64,000 nucleotides of DNA from Hyaloraphidium curvatum SAG 235-1 (taxonomy: Eukaryota; Fungi; Monoblepharomycota): NCBI GenBank assembly GCA_025558095.1, contig JAIVFI010000009.1:620001-684000 (forward strand). Reading direction: 5' to 3'. The notes under the pieces were generated by a model. The model had not been told where the DNA came from. It did no database searches and saw only the letters and a program-made list of their open reading frames with translations. Position 1 is the stretch's first letter. Every line of letters starts with the position of its first letter. This document shows positions 52,532 through 63,232 of the stretch, one piece after another. The position numbers were made by a program, and so were the translations under genes.

Positions 52532-53119
52532 CTAGGAGACGCACGTGGAGGTCGGGCACGCGGCAGGGTCGCGCGCCCTTAGAGACGTTTGGGGCTGGTT
52601 GGAGTACTTGGTGCAGGAGGTGTAGCTTGTGCAGGTGGTGAACGAAAGAACCCAGTGCGTGCACCCGGTGCGCGCCGTGCAGGCGGCCGCGCACGACGTT
52701 TGGTCGGTGGCCGAGCCCGCGACCTGGCTGCCGGTGGACTGGCAGCACACTTGGTTGCCCGCGCACTCGGTGTAGGTGACGGGGGCGTCGTAGCGCTTGC
52801 ACAGGGAGCGGGCGCCGGCATGCTGCACGCAGGCGACGTGGTCCTCGGGGGTGCCGGGGAAACCGAATTCGCTTGAGTACGGGGGCGGGCGGGTTTCGTC
52901 AGCGGGGCACTGGGGTGGGGGAGAGGCGGGCGCCAACCAGAAGGCGGTCTCGGAGCAGTCGGAGCACGAGCGGGCGTACACGACGTGGGGCTGCGGGGCT
53001 GCCGAAGCAACCGTTGCCGCCGTCCCTCGTCCGCTAACCGGCGCATGCACCTTGCCTCCACCGGCGCGGTGACTCTCACAGCGCCGCCTCGTGGAAGATA
53101 TCTCCCGACAGCCCTGCAT
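52532..53119 (-). CDS. Small Cys-rich protein with PAN/Apple-like domain (N-terminus uncertain)
   Basis: CAAACTARTGCTHWVL..TC pattern and many Cys; no clear signal peptide found. Confidence 0.5.
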   Translation of the reverse strand: MQGCREISSTRRRCESHRAGGGKVHAPVSGRGTAATVASAAPQPHVVYARSCSDCSETAFWLAPASPPPQCPADETRPPPYSSEFGFPGTPEDHVACVQHAGARSLCKRYDAPVTYTECAGNQVCCQSTGSQVAGSATDQTSCAAACTARTGCTHWVLSFTTCTSYTSCTKYSNQPQTSLRARDPAACPTSTCVS

Positions 53120-53584
53120 GCTGGCAATGCACGTCCTTAATTCAAGGGATCGATTCCCAGAGCCGATCAGGCCAGCTCAGCGCCTTTTATCCGAGACATC
53201 CACCCCCATCCGGACACAGTCTCCCTGCATCCCGTCGCGTGTACGTGCCAGATCGAGTGCTTCACTGCGATCAGTGGCTGATGGGTGACGCTGGTAACTC
53301 GCTGCAGCGGAGCGAACGGAATGCATCCAGTGGCAGATATGGCGTGGTTGTCGCGGGGGAGGTGGCGCGCTCTTCACTGGCAAGTGAGCCCGCGGAAGGG
53401 CCCTGACCCCGGGGCCATGGCAATCCTGCCTTCCTGACTGATTTTCTTGGCGATTGGAGGTCGGGTAGGTCTCATGGCGCTCGTCCGGGCGTGCACCGTC
53501 GGGCGAGGCTAAATGCTCTTTCACGCTGCCCGTCTTACCTTCCCATTTCCGCTGCCTACCGCCTCCCGCCTCCCACCCCGCGGA

Positions 53585-55415
53585 ATGGGCCGCAACGCTC
53601 GATTATCGACGCTTGCGGGCGGCGCAAAGGCCGAGCGGGCAGGGGCGCCACCGCGGCCGGACTCGGGCGTCAAGCCGGACGCGCGCACGCCCGAGGCCGG
53701 GCGGATCGCGCTGCGGGCCGAGCCGCCGAAGGCGCCCGCCGCCGCCGCCTCCCCGCAACACCATCGCCGGTCGTCGTCGCGCGTGCCGCCCCCGCCGCCG
53801 GCGCCCGAACCGCCCGCCGCGACCGACGCGGCGCCGCTGTTCGTGCTCGTCACCACATACCTCTCGTACCTGGTGCTCATCCTGTTCGGGCACCTGCGGG
53901 ACTTCTTCGGCAAGATCTTCCGCGCCGGCGAGTACGCCTACCTGAAGACGCAGAACGTGGGTCGTTCCCGGAAGGGGAACAACTGCTCGATCTCATTCGC
54001 GGTCAACCTGCAGGGATATGCCCCGCTGAGCGCCGACTTTGAAAGCTTCTTCACGCGGCGGATGTACGCACGCATCCGCGACGTGTTCAACCGGCCCATC
54101 ACCGGCGTCCCCGGCCGCACCGTGAACCTGCTGGACCGCGTGCCCGCCGACCGGCACAAGCGGCACTTCAAGCGGGTCCCCTGCACCTCCCGCCGCCGCA
54201 TTTCCTGACCTCTGTTCCAGGCTCACGGGCAAGTCGACGGAATGCCTCAACCTCTCCTCCTACAACTACCTCGGCTTCGCGCAGTCCTCGGGCCCCTGCG
54301 CCGACGACGTCGAGGCGGCCATCCGCAGCCACGGCGTGGGCAACTGCTCCACGCTCCTCGAGACGGGCACGATGGAGCTCCACGGGGAGCTGGAGGAGGT
54401 GGTGGCGCGCTTCGTGGGGACCGAGGCCGCCGCGTGCTTCAACATGGGGTTCGCGGTCAACAGCACCACCATCCCGGCGCTCGTCGGCAAAGGGTGCCTC
54501 ATCGTCTCGGACGAGCTCAACCACGCCTCCATCGTCTTTGGCGCCCGCATCAGCGGTGCCTCGGTCCGCGTCTTCAGGCACAACTCCCCCGCGGACCTCG
54601 AGGCCGTCGTCCGCGCCGCCATCGCGCAGGGCCAGCCGCGCACGCACCGCCCCTGGAAAAAGATCCTGATCGTCGTCGAGGGGCTCAACTCGATGGAGGG
54701 CACCGTCTGCCGGCTGCCCGAGGTCGTGGAGATCAAGAAGAAGTACGGGTGCTACCTCTACGTGGACGAGGCGCACTCGATCGGCGCGCTGGGGGCAAAC
54801 GGACGGGGGGTGTGCGACTACTGGGGCGTGGACCCGCACGACGTCGACATCCTCATGGGGACCTTCACCAAGAGCTTTGGCGCCGCCGGCGGGTACATTT
54901 CCGGCAGGAAGGTGGGATTCGCGGGCCGCTGCTGCCGGAGCGACGCTCACCCGGTGTTTCGACAGGAAATTGTCGACTACCTGCGCCTGCGCTCGCATTC
55001 GCCTGTCTACGCCGAGCCGATGCCGCCCTTCGTGGTGCAGCAGATTATCTCCTCCATGAAGATCATCATGGGCGACGACGGCACCGACGTCGGCCGCCGC
55101 CTCGTGGCCCGGCTGGCCCGCAACGCCGCCTTCCTCGCCACCGAGCTCAAGAAGCGCGGCTTCCTCGTCCTCGGCGACCCCGGCAGCCCCATCGTCCCCG
55201 TGCTCCTGTTCCGCCCCGCGAGCAACGCGGCGTTCTCGCGGATGTGCCGGGACCGGGGGATCGCGTGCGTGGTGGTGGGGTACCCGGCGGTGCCGCTGAT
55301 CATGAGCCGTGCGAGGCTGTGCGTGTCGGCGTCGCACACGATGGGGGATCTGAAGTACCTGGTGGCGCAGATGGAGGCGATCGGGGACGAGATGGGGCTG
55401 CGGTTCCCGTCGTGA
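53585..55415 (+). CDS. LCB2: Serine palmitoyltransferase subunit 2, 3 introns (including GC-AG 54172..54220)
   Basis: FESFFTRRMY.RIRD.FNRPI, CLNLSSYNYLGFA, SDELNHASI, DEAHSIGA, GTFTKSFG (PLP Lys). Confidence 0.96.
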
Positions 55416-55793
55416 GGCGGGGGCGGGGCAGGGGACGGGGGGCGGGGGACGGCACCGCGGGCGGTGCCACTATTGGATCTGACTCGTACGGGGGCGGCTT
55501 GGGCTCGAGTTCAGAGGGACCTTTAGAGCTAGATGTGTTATGGTGGACAATTAATGGAGCCCCGTCGGCCCCCGACTACTTGGGAGTGCATCGGTGCATC
55601 GGCCACGATGGACCGAGGACCAGCCAACCCCTGTCTACGACGCATCCAGCAATCGGAGACGAAGTTGGTGCCTGAGATGGAGAAACCAGCAACGAACACC
55701 GGCAACGACTTGGCACGTGCCGGCCCGGCCAGGTTGAGACATGGTCGACCCAAGCGCGCCGCGGCTCCCTCCGTCATTCCCGCTCCGTCCGCC

Positions 55794-56900
55794 ATGCCGC
55801 CGACCACCGTCGCCCTCCTCTCCACCGGCTCGCTGAACCCGCCCACCCGCGCGCACGTGCTCGTGCTCGCCGAGGCGCGGCGGCACCTCGAGTCCCTCGG
55901 TTACGAGGTGGTCCGCGGATACCTCTCCCCGTCGCACGACGCGTACGTCGCTTCCAAGGCCCGCGCGCTGAAGACGAACGCGGCGGACGCGGCGCAGAGG
56001 GCGGAGATGTGCCGGATCGCGGTAAGGGACCTGGGGCAGGGGGAATGGATAAGGGTGTCCGAATGGGAAACGGAGCAGGACGAGTTCCTGGACTTCCCCG
56101 AGGTGGCCGAGCACTTTCGCCAAACGGAGGACGCCGACCTGCTCGTCTACGTGTGCGGCTCGGACCACGCGCGCACGTGCGGGCTCCAGAACGGCCTGCC
56201 GACCGGCATGCCCGGCATCGGCCTGCTCGTGCTGGAGCGCCCGGGGCACGCCTTCGTCCCCGCGCGGGGGCGGCCGCACGTGTTCCTCGCCCGCTCCGAG
56301 GTCGAGTTGGGGGAGGTCAGCAGCACCCGCGCAAGGGCGCTGCTGACCTCGGGCAAGGACGCGTCGGACCTCCTGACGCCCGGCTGCGTCGAGTACCTGG
56401 CCAGCGGGGAGGGGGCGGGGCTGTATGCCCGCCCGGTGTTCATTTCGCTGAGCTCCATCATCGCCCGGTTCGTCCGCCTCGACACGCATGCGGTCGGGGA
56501 GCTGGAGAAGGGGCTGTTCTTCTTCGGCTCGAAGCGGTGCTGGGTGTTTCCGGAAACCGACTGGCAGAGGGCGGAAGCACGCGTGCAGCCGGGGGGATAC
56601 GCGGGGATGCCGCCGGCGCTGAGGGAGATGGTGGCGCGCAAGGAAGCCCGGGGCGAGGTGTGCTTTTTGAAGCCGGACGTGCCCGGAATCGCGGACATCG
56701 AGGTGTTTGGGGACTACAAGAGGGCGAGCGACTGGTTGGTGGGGCTGGGGTACGTGCCGCTGAAGCTGGATCCGGCAGAGTGGGAGGAGGACGAGGCGTG
56801 GGTGGTGGAGAACTTCCGGGATGGCCTGCACGACTACGACGCGGTGGTCGAGCTACTCGAGGCCAGCGAGCCCAGGCTCAAGTGCGTCCTTCGAATCTGA
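55794..56900 (+). CDS. Nicotinamide/nicotinate mononucleotide adenylyltransferase-like protein with extra C-terminal domain
   Basis: GSLNPPTRAH, SPSHDAY, R.EMC, WE..Q, VCGSDH, VSSTRAR. Confidence 0.85.
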   Translation: MPPTTVALLSTGSLNPPTRAHVLVLAEARRHLESLGYEVVRGYLSPSHDAYVASKARALKTNAADAAQRAEMCRIAVRDLGQGEWIRVSEWETEQDEFLDFPEVAEHFRQTEDADLLVYVCGSDHARTCGLQNGLPTGMPGIGLLVLERPGHAFVPARGRPHVFLARSEVELGEVSSTRARALLTSGKDASDLLTPGCVEYLASGEGAGLYARPVFISLSSIIARFVRLDTHAVGELEKGLFFFGSKRCWVFPETDWQRAEARVQPGGYAGMPPALREMVARKEARGEVCFLKPDVPGIADIEVFGDYKRASDWLVGLGYVPLKLDPAEWEEDEAWVVENFRDGLHDYDAVVELLEASEPRLKCVLRI

Positions 56901-57075
56901 TCTGCCCGCGGGCCTCCATATGATACAGCAAGCTATCTACATCGCGGCGAATAGACTGGATATATACCCCCGAACAGCGCGGCGAAACGCCCCGTTCACT
57001 CCCTGCCTCGCACCGACCCATGCTTCCAGCACCCCTCTCCTACCGCACGCACCCCACGTCCCTCCCCTCCCAAAC

Positions 57076-57437
57076 TCAATCCTCCACCTTCGCATCCGCC
57101 CACTCCACCTCCCCCTCCCCGCCATCGCCCGCCCCCTCGACCGCCAGCGCCGCGGCGCGGGGAAAGTCTTCAGTTGGCATAAACTCGTTTGCGGCCGAGG
57201 GCTCGAAGAGCGGCTGCTCGTCCACCGGGTCCCGCGCTTCTTCCGCAGCGCCGGCGGAAACGTCCGAAGGGGGCCCGGTGCCGTCGGGCGGGCCCGCGTC
57301 GTCCTGCGCGAAAGCGGGGGACAGGGACGCCAGCGAGAGGGCGAGGAGGAGGGCGAGGGCTGCGGCGGCGGGCGTCAGCGGAAGGAACAGGAGCGCGGAG
57401 GGAGGAAGGAGAACGCACCGGCGCGGCGGAAGCGCAT
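57076..57437 (-). CDS. Small secreted acidic protein (intron 57360..57418)
   Basis: Splicing GTGCGT..CTGAC..CAG gives signal peptide MRFRRAALALLLALSLASLSPAFA/QDD followed by an Asp/Glu-rich mature region. Confidence 0.65.
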
Positions 57438-57537
57438 CGCGGGTTGCACGGCAGACGGTGCGGTCGGGTTTCGGAAAGTCCCTTGTCACAGACGCGAGGT
57501 GCCCCCGTGTGGAGTTGCGTCCGACGCGTTGCCGGCC

Positions 57538-60500
57538 ATGTCGGAAAGCTTTCCGCAGTATCCTGACGCGGACGACGCCGAGGACGGCTCGGACCGGTCC
57601 GCGGAATCGCCCGTCGACGAGGCGTACCAGGACTACCTCGAGGGCCTCGCCAACCCCGCAAAGATACGCCTGCTGGACTCGGACGGCTCCGTCATCAACG
57701 CATCGGACGATTCGCCCTCGGAAGCGGCCGAAGACGAGGGTCGCCCGCCCAAGGAGGAGGGACCGACGCGTCCCTTGCGGCTGGAGCCCGGGGACGCCTG
57801 GGACGTCGGCGAGGACTTCTGGGAGTTCGATCCCAGGAAGCATGCCGCCGCGCGGGAGCATCGTCTGGAAGTGCTGCGTGCCACGACCGGCACGGCGGTG
57901 GAGCTGGGCGGCGCGGGGATCGGCCGCACCAGCGCGAAGCACCTGGCCCTCGAGCTCGCCATGAGCCGCAACATCGGCAAGGTGGACATCTCGAGTTGCA
58001 ACATCAGGACGGCGGGCTGCCTCCTGCTGGCCGAGGCCATCAAATCCAACCCGTCTCTTCCGCTCAGGATGCTGGACATCCGCGACAACGACATCACCGA
58101 CGAGGGATCCAAGGCCCTCTGCGATGCTCTGGCCGGGAGAGCCACCCTGCGGGAGATCCGTTTCGGCAACAACGGCATCTCGGTCGCGGGCCTCCACGAC
58201 TTTGCGGAGCTTGCCATCACCATCCCGAACCTCGAGGTCTTTGATGCCGACTCGACCGAGCTCCCAGTCTGGGACGAGAACGGGGACCCGCATATCGTCG
58301 AACCGGAAGAGGGGGAATGGCTCGAGCCGAGACCGGCGGCCGTTGCGGTGGCGAGATTGCTCGCTTCCAACCCGGGCCTGCGCGAGCTCGGGCTTGATTC
58401 CTGCGAGCTCATCTGGGGCGAGACCGCCGCCATCTTGGAAGCCGCGCTCGTCCACCGTTCGCTCCGTGGCCTGAGGCTGGGGAAGAACAGGATCAGCTCC
58501 GGAGGTGCGCGGTCGCTCGCGGAGCTCTTCGCCGCGCCCGACTGCCGCCTGGTCTCGCTCGCGCTCAACAGCACCAGGCTTGGAGGCTGTGCGGCTCGGA
58601 TCATCGCCAAAGCAGCATTGGCGAACGAATCGTTGACGTCTCTGGATCTAGGGTCGGCGAATATCGGGATGCGCGGGGCCAAGGCTGTTGCACGGCTCGT
58701 TGAGTGCAACCAGAGACTGAATAAGCTCTGCTTGGAAGGCTACAAGGAAGGGGGATCCGACGGTCTCTCTCCGGATGCCGTCAGGAAGCTTTCGAGGGCA
58801 TTGCAGCTCGGCGCAACTGCGCTGGAAGAGCTGCGGGTGGGCTGGAACCAGCTGCGTGACGAGGGAGCGGAGAGCATCGCGTTGGCTTTGGAGCACTGCC
58901 CGAAGCTAAAGGTGCTGAATCTGAATCAGGCTCGAATCGGCGACCGCGGTGCAAAGGCATTGGCTACTGTCCTGTCTGGGAGAGACGACCGCCGTATGTT
59001 GTCTGGCAGCCACCTTGAGTCCCTGGCATTGAGGGACAACGAGATCGGCTCCACAGGAGGAGAAGCACTCGCCGATGCGCTCCCTCGGAATCGAACTTTA
59101 TTGGAGCTCGACCTCGCGGCAACCGCATTCGCTCGCAGGGAGCTCTCCGGTTTGGCCCTGCACTCAGGCGCAATGCCGTCCTCCGCAAGCTCTTTCTGGA
59201 CGGAAACGGCATTGGTGCCCGCGGGGCAGCCGCGCTGGCGTCCGCATTGGCCGTCAACGCAGGCCTCGAGACCCTCACCCTCAGCGGGAACCCGATCAGC
59301 GCCGACGGCGCGGAGGCCCTCGCGGAGGGGCTGGCCCGCAACCGCGGCTTGCTGACGCTCAACGTTGCCGACTGTCAGCTCGAAGCAGAAGGAGAGGCGG
59401 CGCTTTATGCTGCGGTGGAGGAGAACGACACGCTCCGAACCCTCGACATGGGCCGCCTCTCGGGCCGCTGGGTCGAGCTTCGCACTCCGGAGGAGCGGGC
59501 CCCGAATGCGCAGCGAAGGCGGAGGGAGAGGGAGGAGAAGGATCGCCCGCCACCCAGCTTCGCCCTGCCTCTCCGGAAGTGGCTTCGTGTGGCCGACCTC
59601 GATATTGACAGGTCTCGGAAGCTCGGCGAAGGCGGTTTTGGCACCGTCTATGCCGGAAGGTACCTCAGCGCGGACGTCGCAGTGAAAGAACCTCTTCTCT
59701 TTGGTGACGGGGAAGCTGTTTTGGAGGACGAGATCGGCGTTTCAGTCGACATGCCTGGGCACGACAACGTCGCCGAAAGCATAGGCTATCACATCCAGCC
59801 GACTTACCTTGTTTCCAAGCTGTATCGGGGCGGCGATCTCGGTGGTTTTCTGCAGCGAACAGGTTGGCAGCGAGCCCTCACGCTGCAGCTCCTGCACGGC
59901 GCTGCGACGGGCATGTGGTTCCTGCACAGCCGGGGAATCGTGCACGCGTACCTCAAGCCGGGCAACGTACTGGTCGACACGTTGCCGGACGGCAGCCATC
60001 CCGTGGCCAAGATCGCCGACTTTGGCCTGGCACGGGCTCGGACGCAGATTCGCGGTGCTTCCGGCACGCAGTACGAGTACATCGGCGCCCGCGGCTTCTC
60101 GCTCCGGTACGCGTCGCCTGAGCAGGTCCGTGCGGAGCCTCCCGGTCGGGCCTCGGACGTCTGGTCCTTTGGGATGCTGTGCTACGAGATCCTGTCGCGG
60201 GGCACGAAGCCGTACGAAGGGCTTCATCCTGCCGGGGTGGGTCCTACTCGGCCCGTTGCTTCTGGCCCACAGCTAACGAACGCTTTCCTGCCGCAGACAT
60301 TGTTCGCAATCTCGGAGGGCACGTTGCCTCAACGGGCGTTCGACATCTCCGACAGCGATTGGGAGCTGTTGACGTGGATTTGCCAGCGGCGCGCATCGGA
60401 CCGGCCGTCTATGGAGGCTGTTGCTGGAAAACTGAATGATCCCCTTGCGGATCATTCGTCGCGCGGCTCCGGGGTGTCGGATGAGCTTCCCGCCACGCGT

Positions 60501-60560
60501 CAGCCCGAGGACTCGAGCAGCTACAGCGCGGTGCGCTGCGCAAGTCGGACGAAGATCTGA
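57538..60560 (+). CDS. RNI-type LRR protein fused to a TKL-like kinase; frameshift near 59116 and HAY in place of H.D (possible pseudogene)
   Basis: Many LxxLxLxxNxIxxxG repeats; kinase GEGGFG, VAVK, HAYLKPGN, DFGLA, YASPE; in-frame intron 60237..60296. Confidence 0.85.
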
Positions 60561-60905
60561 TGTGCCTTTTAGTGCGTCAAATGGAAACGCACTACTCGAC
60601 TGGCGGCGAAAGGCAGAAACGCGCCCCGTTATTTGGTAGCCACAGAAGCTGGTACGGCTATGCTAGCCGGGCGCCTGAGGGCCGACTCTCTCCTCCAGAG
60701 GCGGGAGCGACCCCGGTTGCAGCAGATGTTGGGCGGGCACACTTCTATGCCGAGGAGATTCGGGGCGGAGATGCAGCGACCGACAGCCTATGGCGGGCTG
60801 ACTCGCCTCAGCCGCCAGCCGCGCGCCGCATGTCAACCATGCCGCAGTGCGCTTCTGCAGAGGTCCCCGCTCGGCTCTCTCCGTCGGCCCAGCCCTTCGT
60901 TTCCG

Positions 60906-61625
60906 ATGCGCTCTGCGAGACACGTTTCCCTCGTGCTCGCCTTGGTCCTGGCCGTCGGTGCCGGTGCGGCCGCCCAGCAGCCCGTTGCGGCAACGACCGC
61001 CCCCGTTCCGACGCCGACCGCAACTCCGCCCGCCCTCGCCGCCACCACCACCGCCCCCGTCCCGACCGCCGTAATCGGCAACGAGCAGGCCGTCTTCGAC
61101 CGCATCTGCGCCATCGGCGCCAACCCGGCGTGCACCGACACCCTGCCGTGCGCCGAGACGTGGGACGCCGTGATGGCCTCCTTCGTCGAGTACGACCGCG
61201 GGATCATCACCGTCACGAACGGCACCGCGACGTTCAACTTCCGGGACTACTTCGTCACCGAGTTCTGCGGCTTCCAGAACCCGGGCGGGCTGCTTGGGTG
61301 CGAGGCGGTGCGCTGCGCCGTGCCCAGGAACTACTCGTGGGTCCCGTGGAACGACCCGCGGTACGTGGACTGGTGCAAGGGCAAAGAGAACTTTGCCACG
61401 GCGTTCAAAGTGACCGTCTGTAAGGGGATGCCGACGTCGATCGTGGGCTTTGCGACGCGGGTGCCGGCGACGACGACGGGGTTGGGTGCTCCGGCGCCGA
61501 CGACCGCCACGGCGGGAGCAGCGGCGACGCCGACGACCAGGCCGAGCTCAGCTGGGGCGTGCCGGGCGGGACGGCTTTGGGGGGCTGCGGCTGCGGCCGC
61601 GCTCGTCTTCTCCTTTGGGGCGTAG
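60906..61625 (+). CDS. Secreted, probably GPI-anchored Cys-rich cell-surface protein
   Basis: Signal peptide, Thr/Pro/Ala stalks flanking a Cys-rich domain, C-terminal SSA + hydrophobic tail. Confidence 0.75.
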   Translation: MRSARHVSLVLALVLAVGAGAAAQQPVAATTAPVPTPTATPPALAATTTAPVPTAVIGNEQAVFDRICAIGANPACTDTLPCAETWDAVMASFVEYDRGIITVTNGTATFNFRDYFVTEFCGFQNPGGLLGCEAVRCAVPRNYSWVPWNDPRYVDWCKGKENFATAFKVTVCKGMPTSIVGFATRVPATTTGLGAPAPTTATAGAAATPTTRPSSAGACRAGRLWGAAAAAALVFSFGA

Positions 61626-61969
61626 AACGACAAACAAGTGGTTTAATCTCTTCTTCTGGTAGTGTCCCAACCTCCCAAAGTCGGTTTCAAGAGAAGCTTC
61701 ACGCTCTTGCGATCCCCTTCGCCTGCCGTGCATCATCCCCGCCTCCGCCTCCCCATCCGCCGCCTCCCCCAACGACCCGTCCGGAACACCCTCCCCGCCT
61801 TCTTCGTCGGCCATTCCTGAAAGGCGAAGGAGGAGTGCTAGAATTAAGCCGCTAACGGGCTGTTCAACGGGAAAGAAAGGGACTGTTCGACTGCCTTCGT
61901 GACTGCGAAGCGCGTTGCAGGCTGTTTGTGCCGCCGCTCCATCTGCGCAGCCGAAAACTCCGTTCCGCG

Positions 61970-63175
61970 ATGCAGCTTGCAAACGCGCCTCCCCCGCCGC
62001 TGCGCCGCGTCTCGGCGCTGCTGAGCCACCTCTCTCCCGCCGCGGCGTCCCCGGCGCCAGCCTCGTTCGCGGACGCGCTCGCGCTGGTCGCCGACAACGT
62101 CGCCAAGTTCGACATCCAGTACCGCCCGTCGCTCAACTCGAACCACCTCTCGCAGCACCTGTTGACGCTGTACCAGCTCGGTGCGTCGCGGGAGAGGCTG
62201 GGGAAGGCGTTCGGCGTGCACGCCAAGAAGCTCGACCCGAGGCCGACGGAAGAACCTGCTGTGCACGTGCAGCTCGAAAGCCTGCCCGCTCTCTTGGGCA
62301 AGCGCGAGCACTTTGCCCCCCTCGCCGCCTTCTTCCGTTCCGAGATCGCGCGCCTGGGCGGCATCGGGCCAGCCGTCGCCTTGCACTACCCGAAACTGTC
62401 ATCGGGCTGCGCAGGCGCCGCCTTCCACGCGGTGATCCTGCTGGGCTTCGGCTGCGAGTTCAGTGACCCCGCGACCGCCGCCGACGGGCTTGCGTACCTC
62501 GCCTACGCGCACGCCAACCTCGGCAAGGTGCCACGCCTTGACTGGCCGCCCGCGCCAGTCAGAGACTCCCTCCTGTCCCTCGCCCGCGCCGTTGATGCCG
62601 ACCCCAAGCCCCTCACCCCCGCAAGGCCCGAGTTTATGCCAAAGGTGGCCTCCCTCCACGCCGCTCACGACGACAAGATCGCCCGCGCCGCCGCCTCCTT
62701 CCTGCCCCCCGGCACCGAGGCCTCGCTCCCCGCACGCATCCGCGAGCTGCAGCTCTGCGCCGCGTCGCTGTTCGCCACCCCGGGCGCGCAGGAAAGACTG
62801 GATTTCTTCCTGCTGCACGGGATGACCTCGCTCCACGCGCTGCGGCGCGTCATGCAGCACCTCCGCGCCGAAGATCGCGCCGAAGTGGCGAGGGACTACT
62901 TCCGCGGGTTCTGCTGCCTCTTCCTCGCCCAGCGCCCAGCGGGCTTCCCGACGCCGGAGGAGCTGGCGTCGCGCGATCCCGGGCCGGACGTCTGGCGCAA
63001 CGCGCTGCAGGTCGCTCTGGAGACGGACGACGAGCACGTGGCCAAGGGGATCAGGACACTGCTCGCGTGGGAGCAGGACGGGGAGGGGGACGCGGAGCTG
63101 GGAGGGGTGTGCAGGGCGGCGGCGGGGGTGGTGGTGCGGTGGGTGCGGGAGACGGGCGGGGCGTGGATGTTTTGA
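61970..63175 (+). CDS. Questin-oxidase-like (DUF4243/HypA-like) oxidoreductase
   Basis: NHLSQHLL.LY.LGA, GAAFHAVI.LGFG, DFFLLHGMTS, DDEHVAK motifs. Confidence 0.85.
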   Translation: MQLANAPPPPLRRVSALLSHLSPAAASPAPASFADALALVADNVAKFDIQYRPSLNSNHLSQHLLTLYQLGASRERLGKAFGVHAKKLDPRPTEEPAVHVQLESLPALLGKREHFAPLAAFFRSEIARLGGIGPAVALHYPKLSSGCAGAAFHAVILLGFGCEFSDPATAADGLAYLAYAHANLGKVPRLDWPPAPVRDSLLSLARAVDADPKPLTPARPEFMPKVASLHAAHDDKIARAAASFLPPGTEASLPARIRELQLCAASLFATPGAQERLDFFLLHGMTSLHALRRVMQHLRAEDRAEVARDYFRGFCCLFLAQRPAGFPTPEELASRDPGPDVWRNALQVALETDDEHVAKGIRTLLAWEQDGEGDAELGGVCRAAAGVVVRWVRETGGAWMF

Positions 63176-63232
63176 GGGGCGTTCTTTCTTCCTTTGCAGG
63201 TCTTGGCGTTGCATAGCCGGATCGAGAACGGA

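Noticed and set aside
56821-57537. N-terminal 240 aa of the 844 aa LRR ORF
   Set aside because: Overlaps the NMNAT end, intergenic DNA and an antisense gene; ATG 57538 is the plausible start
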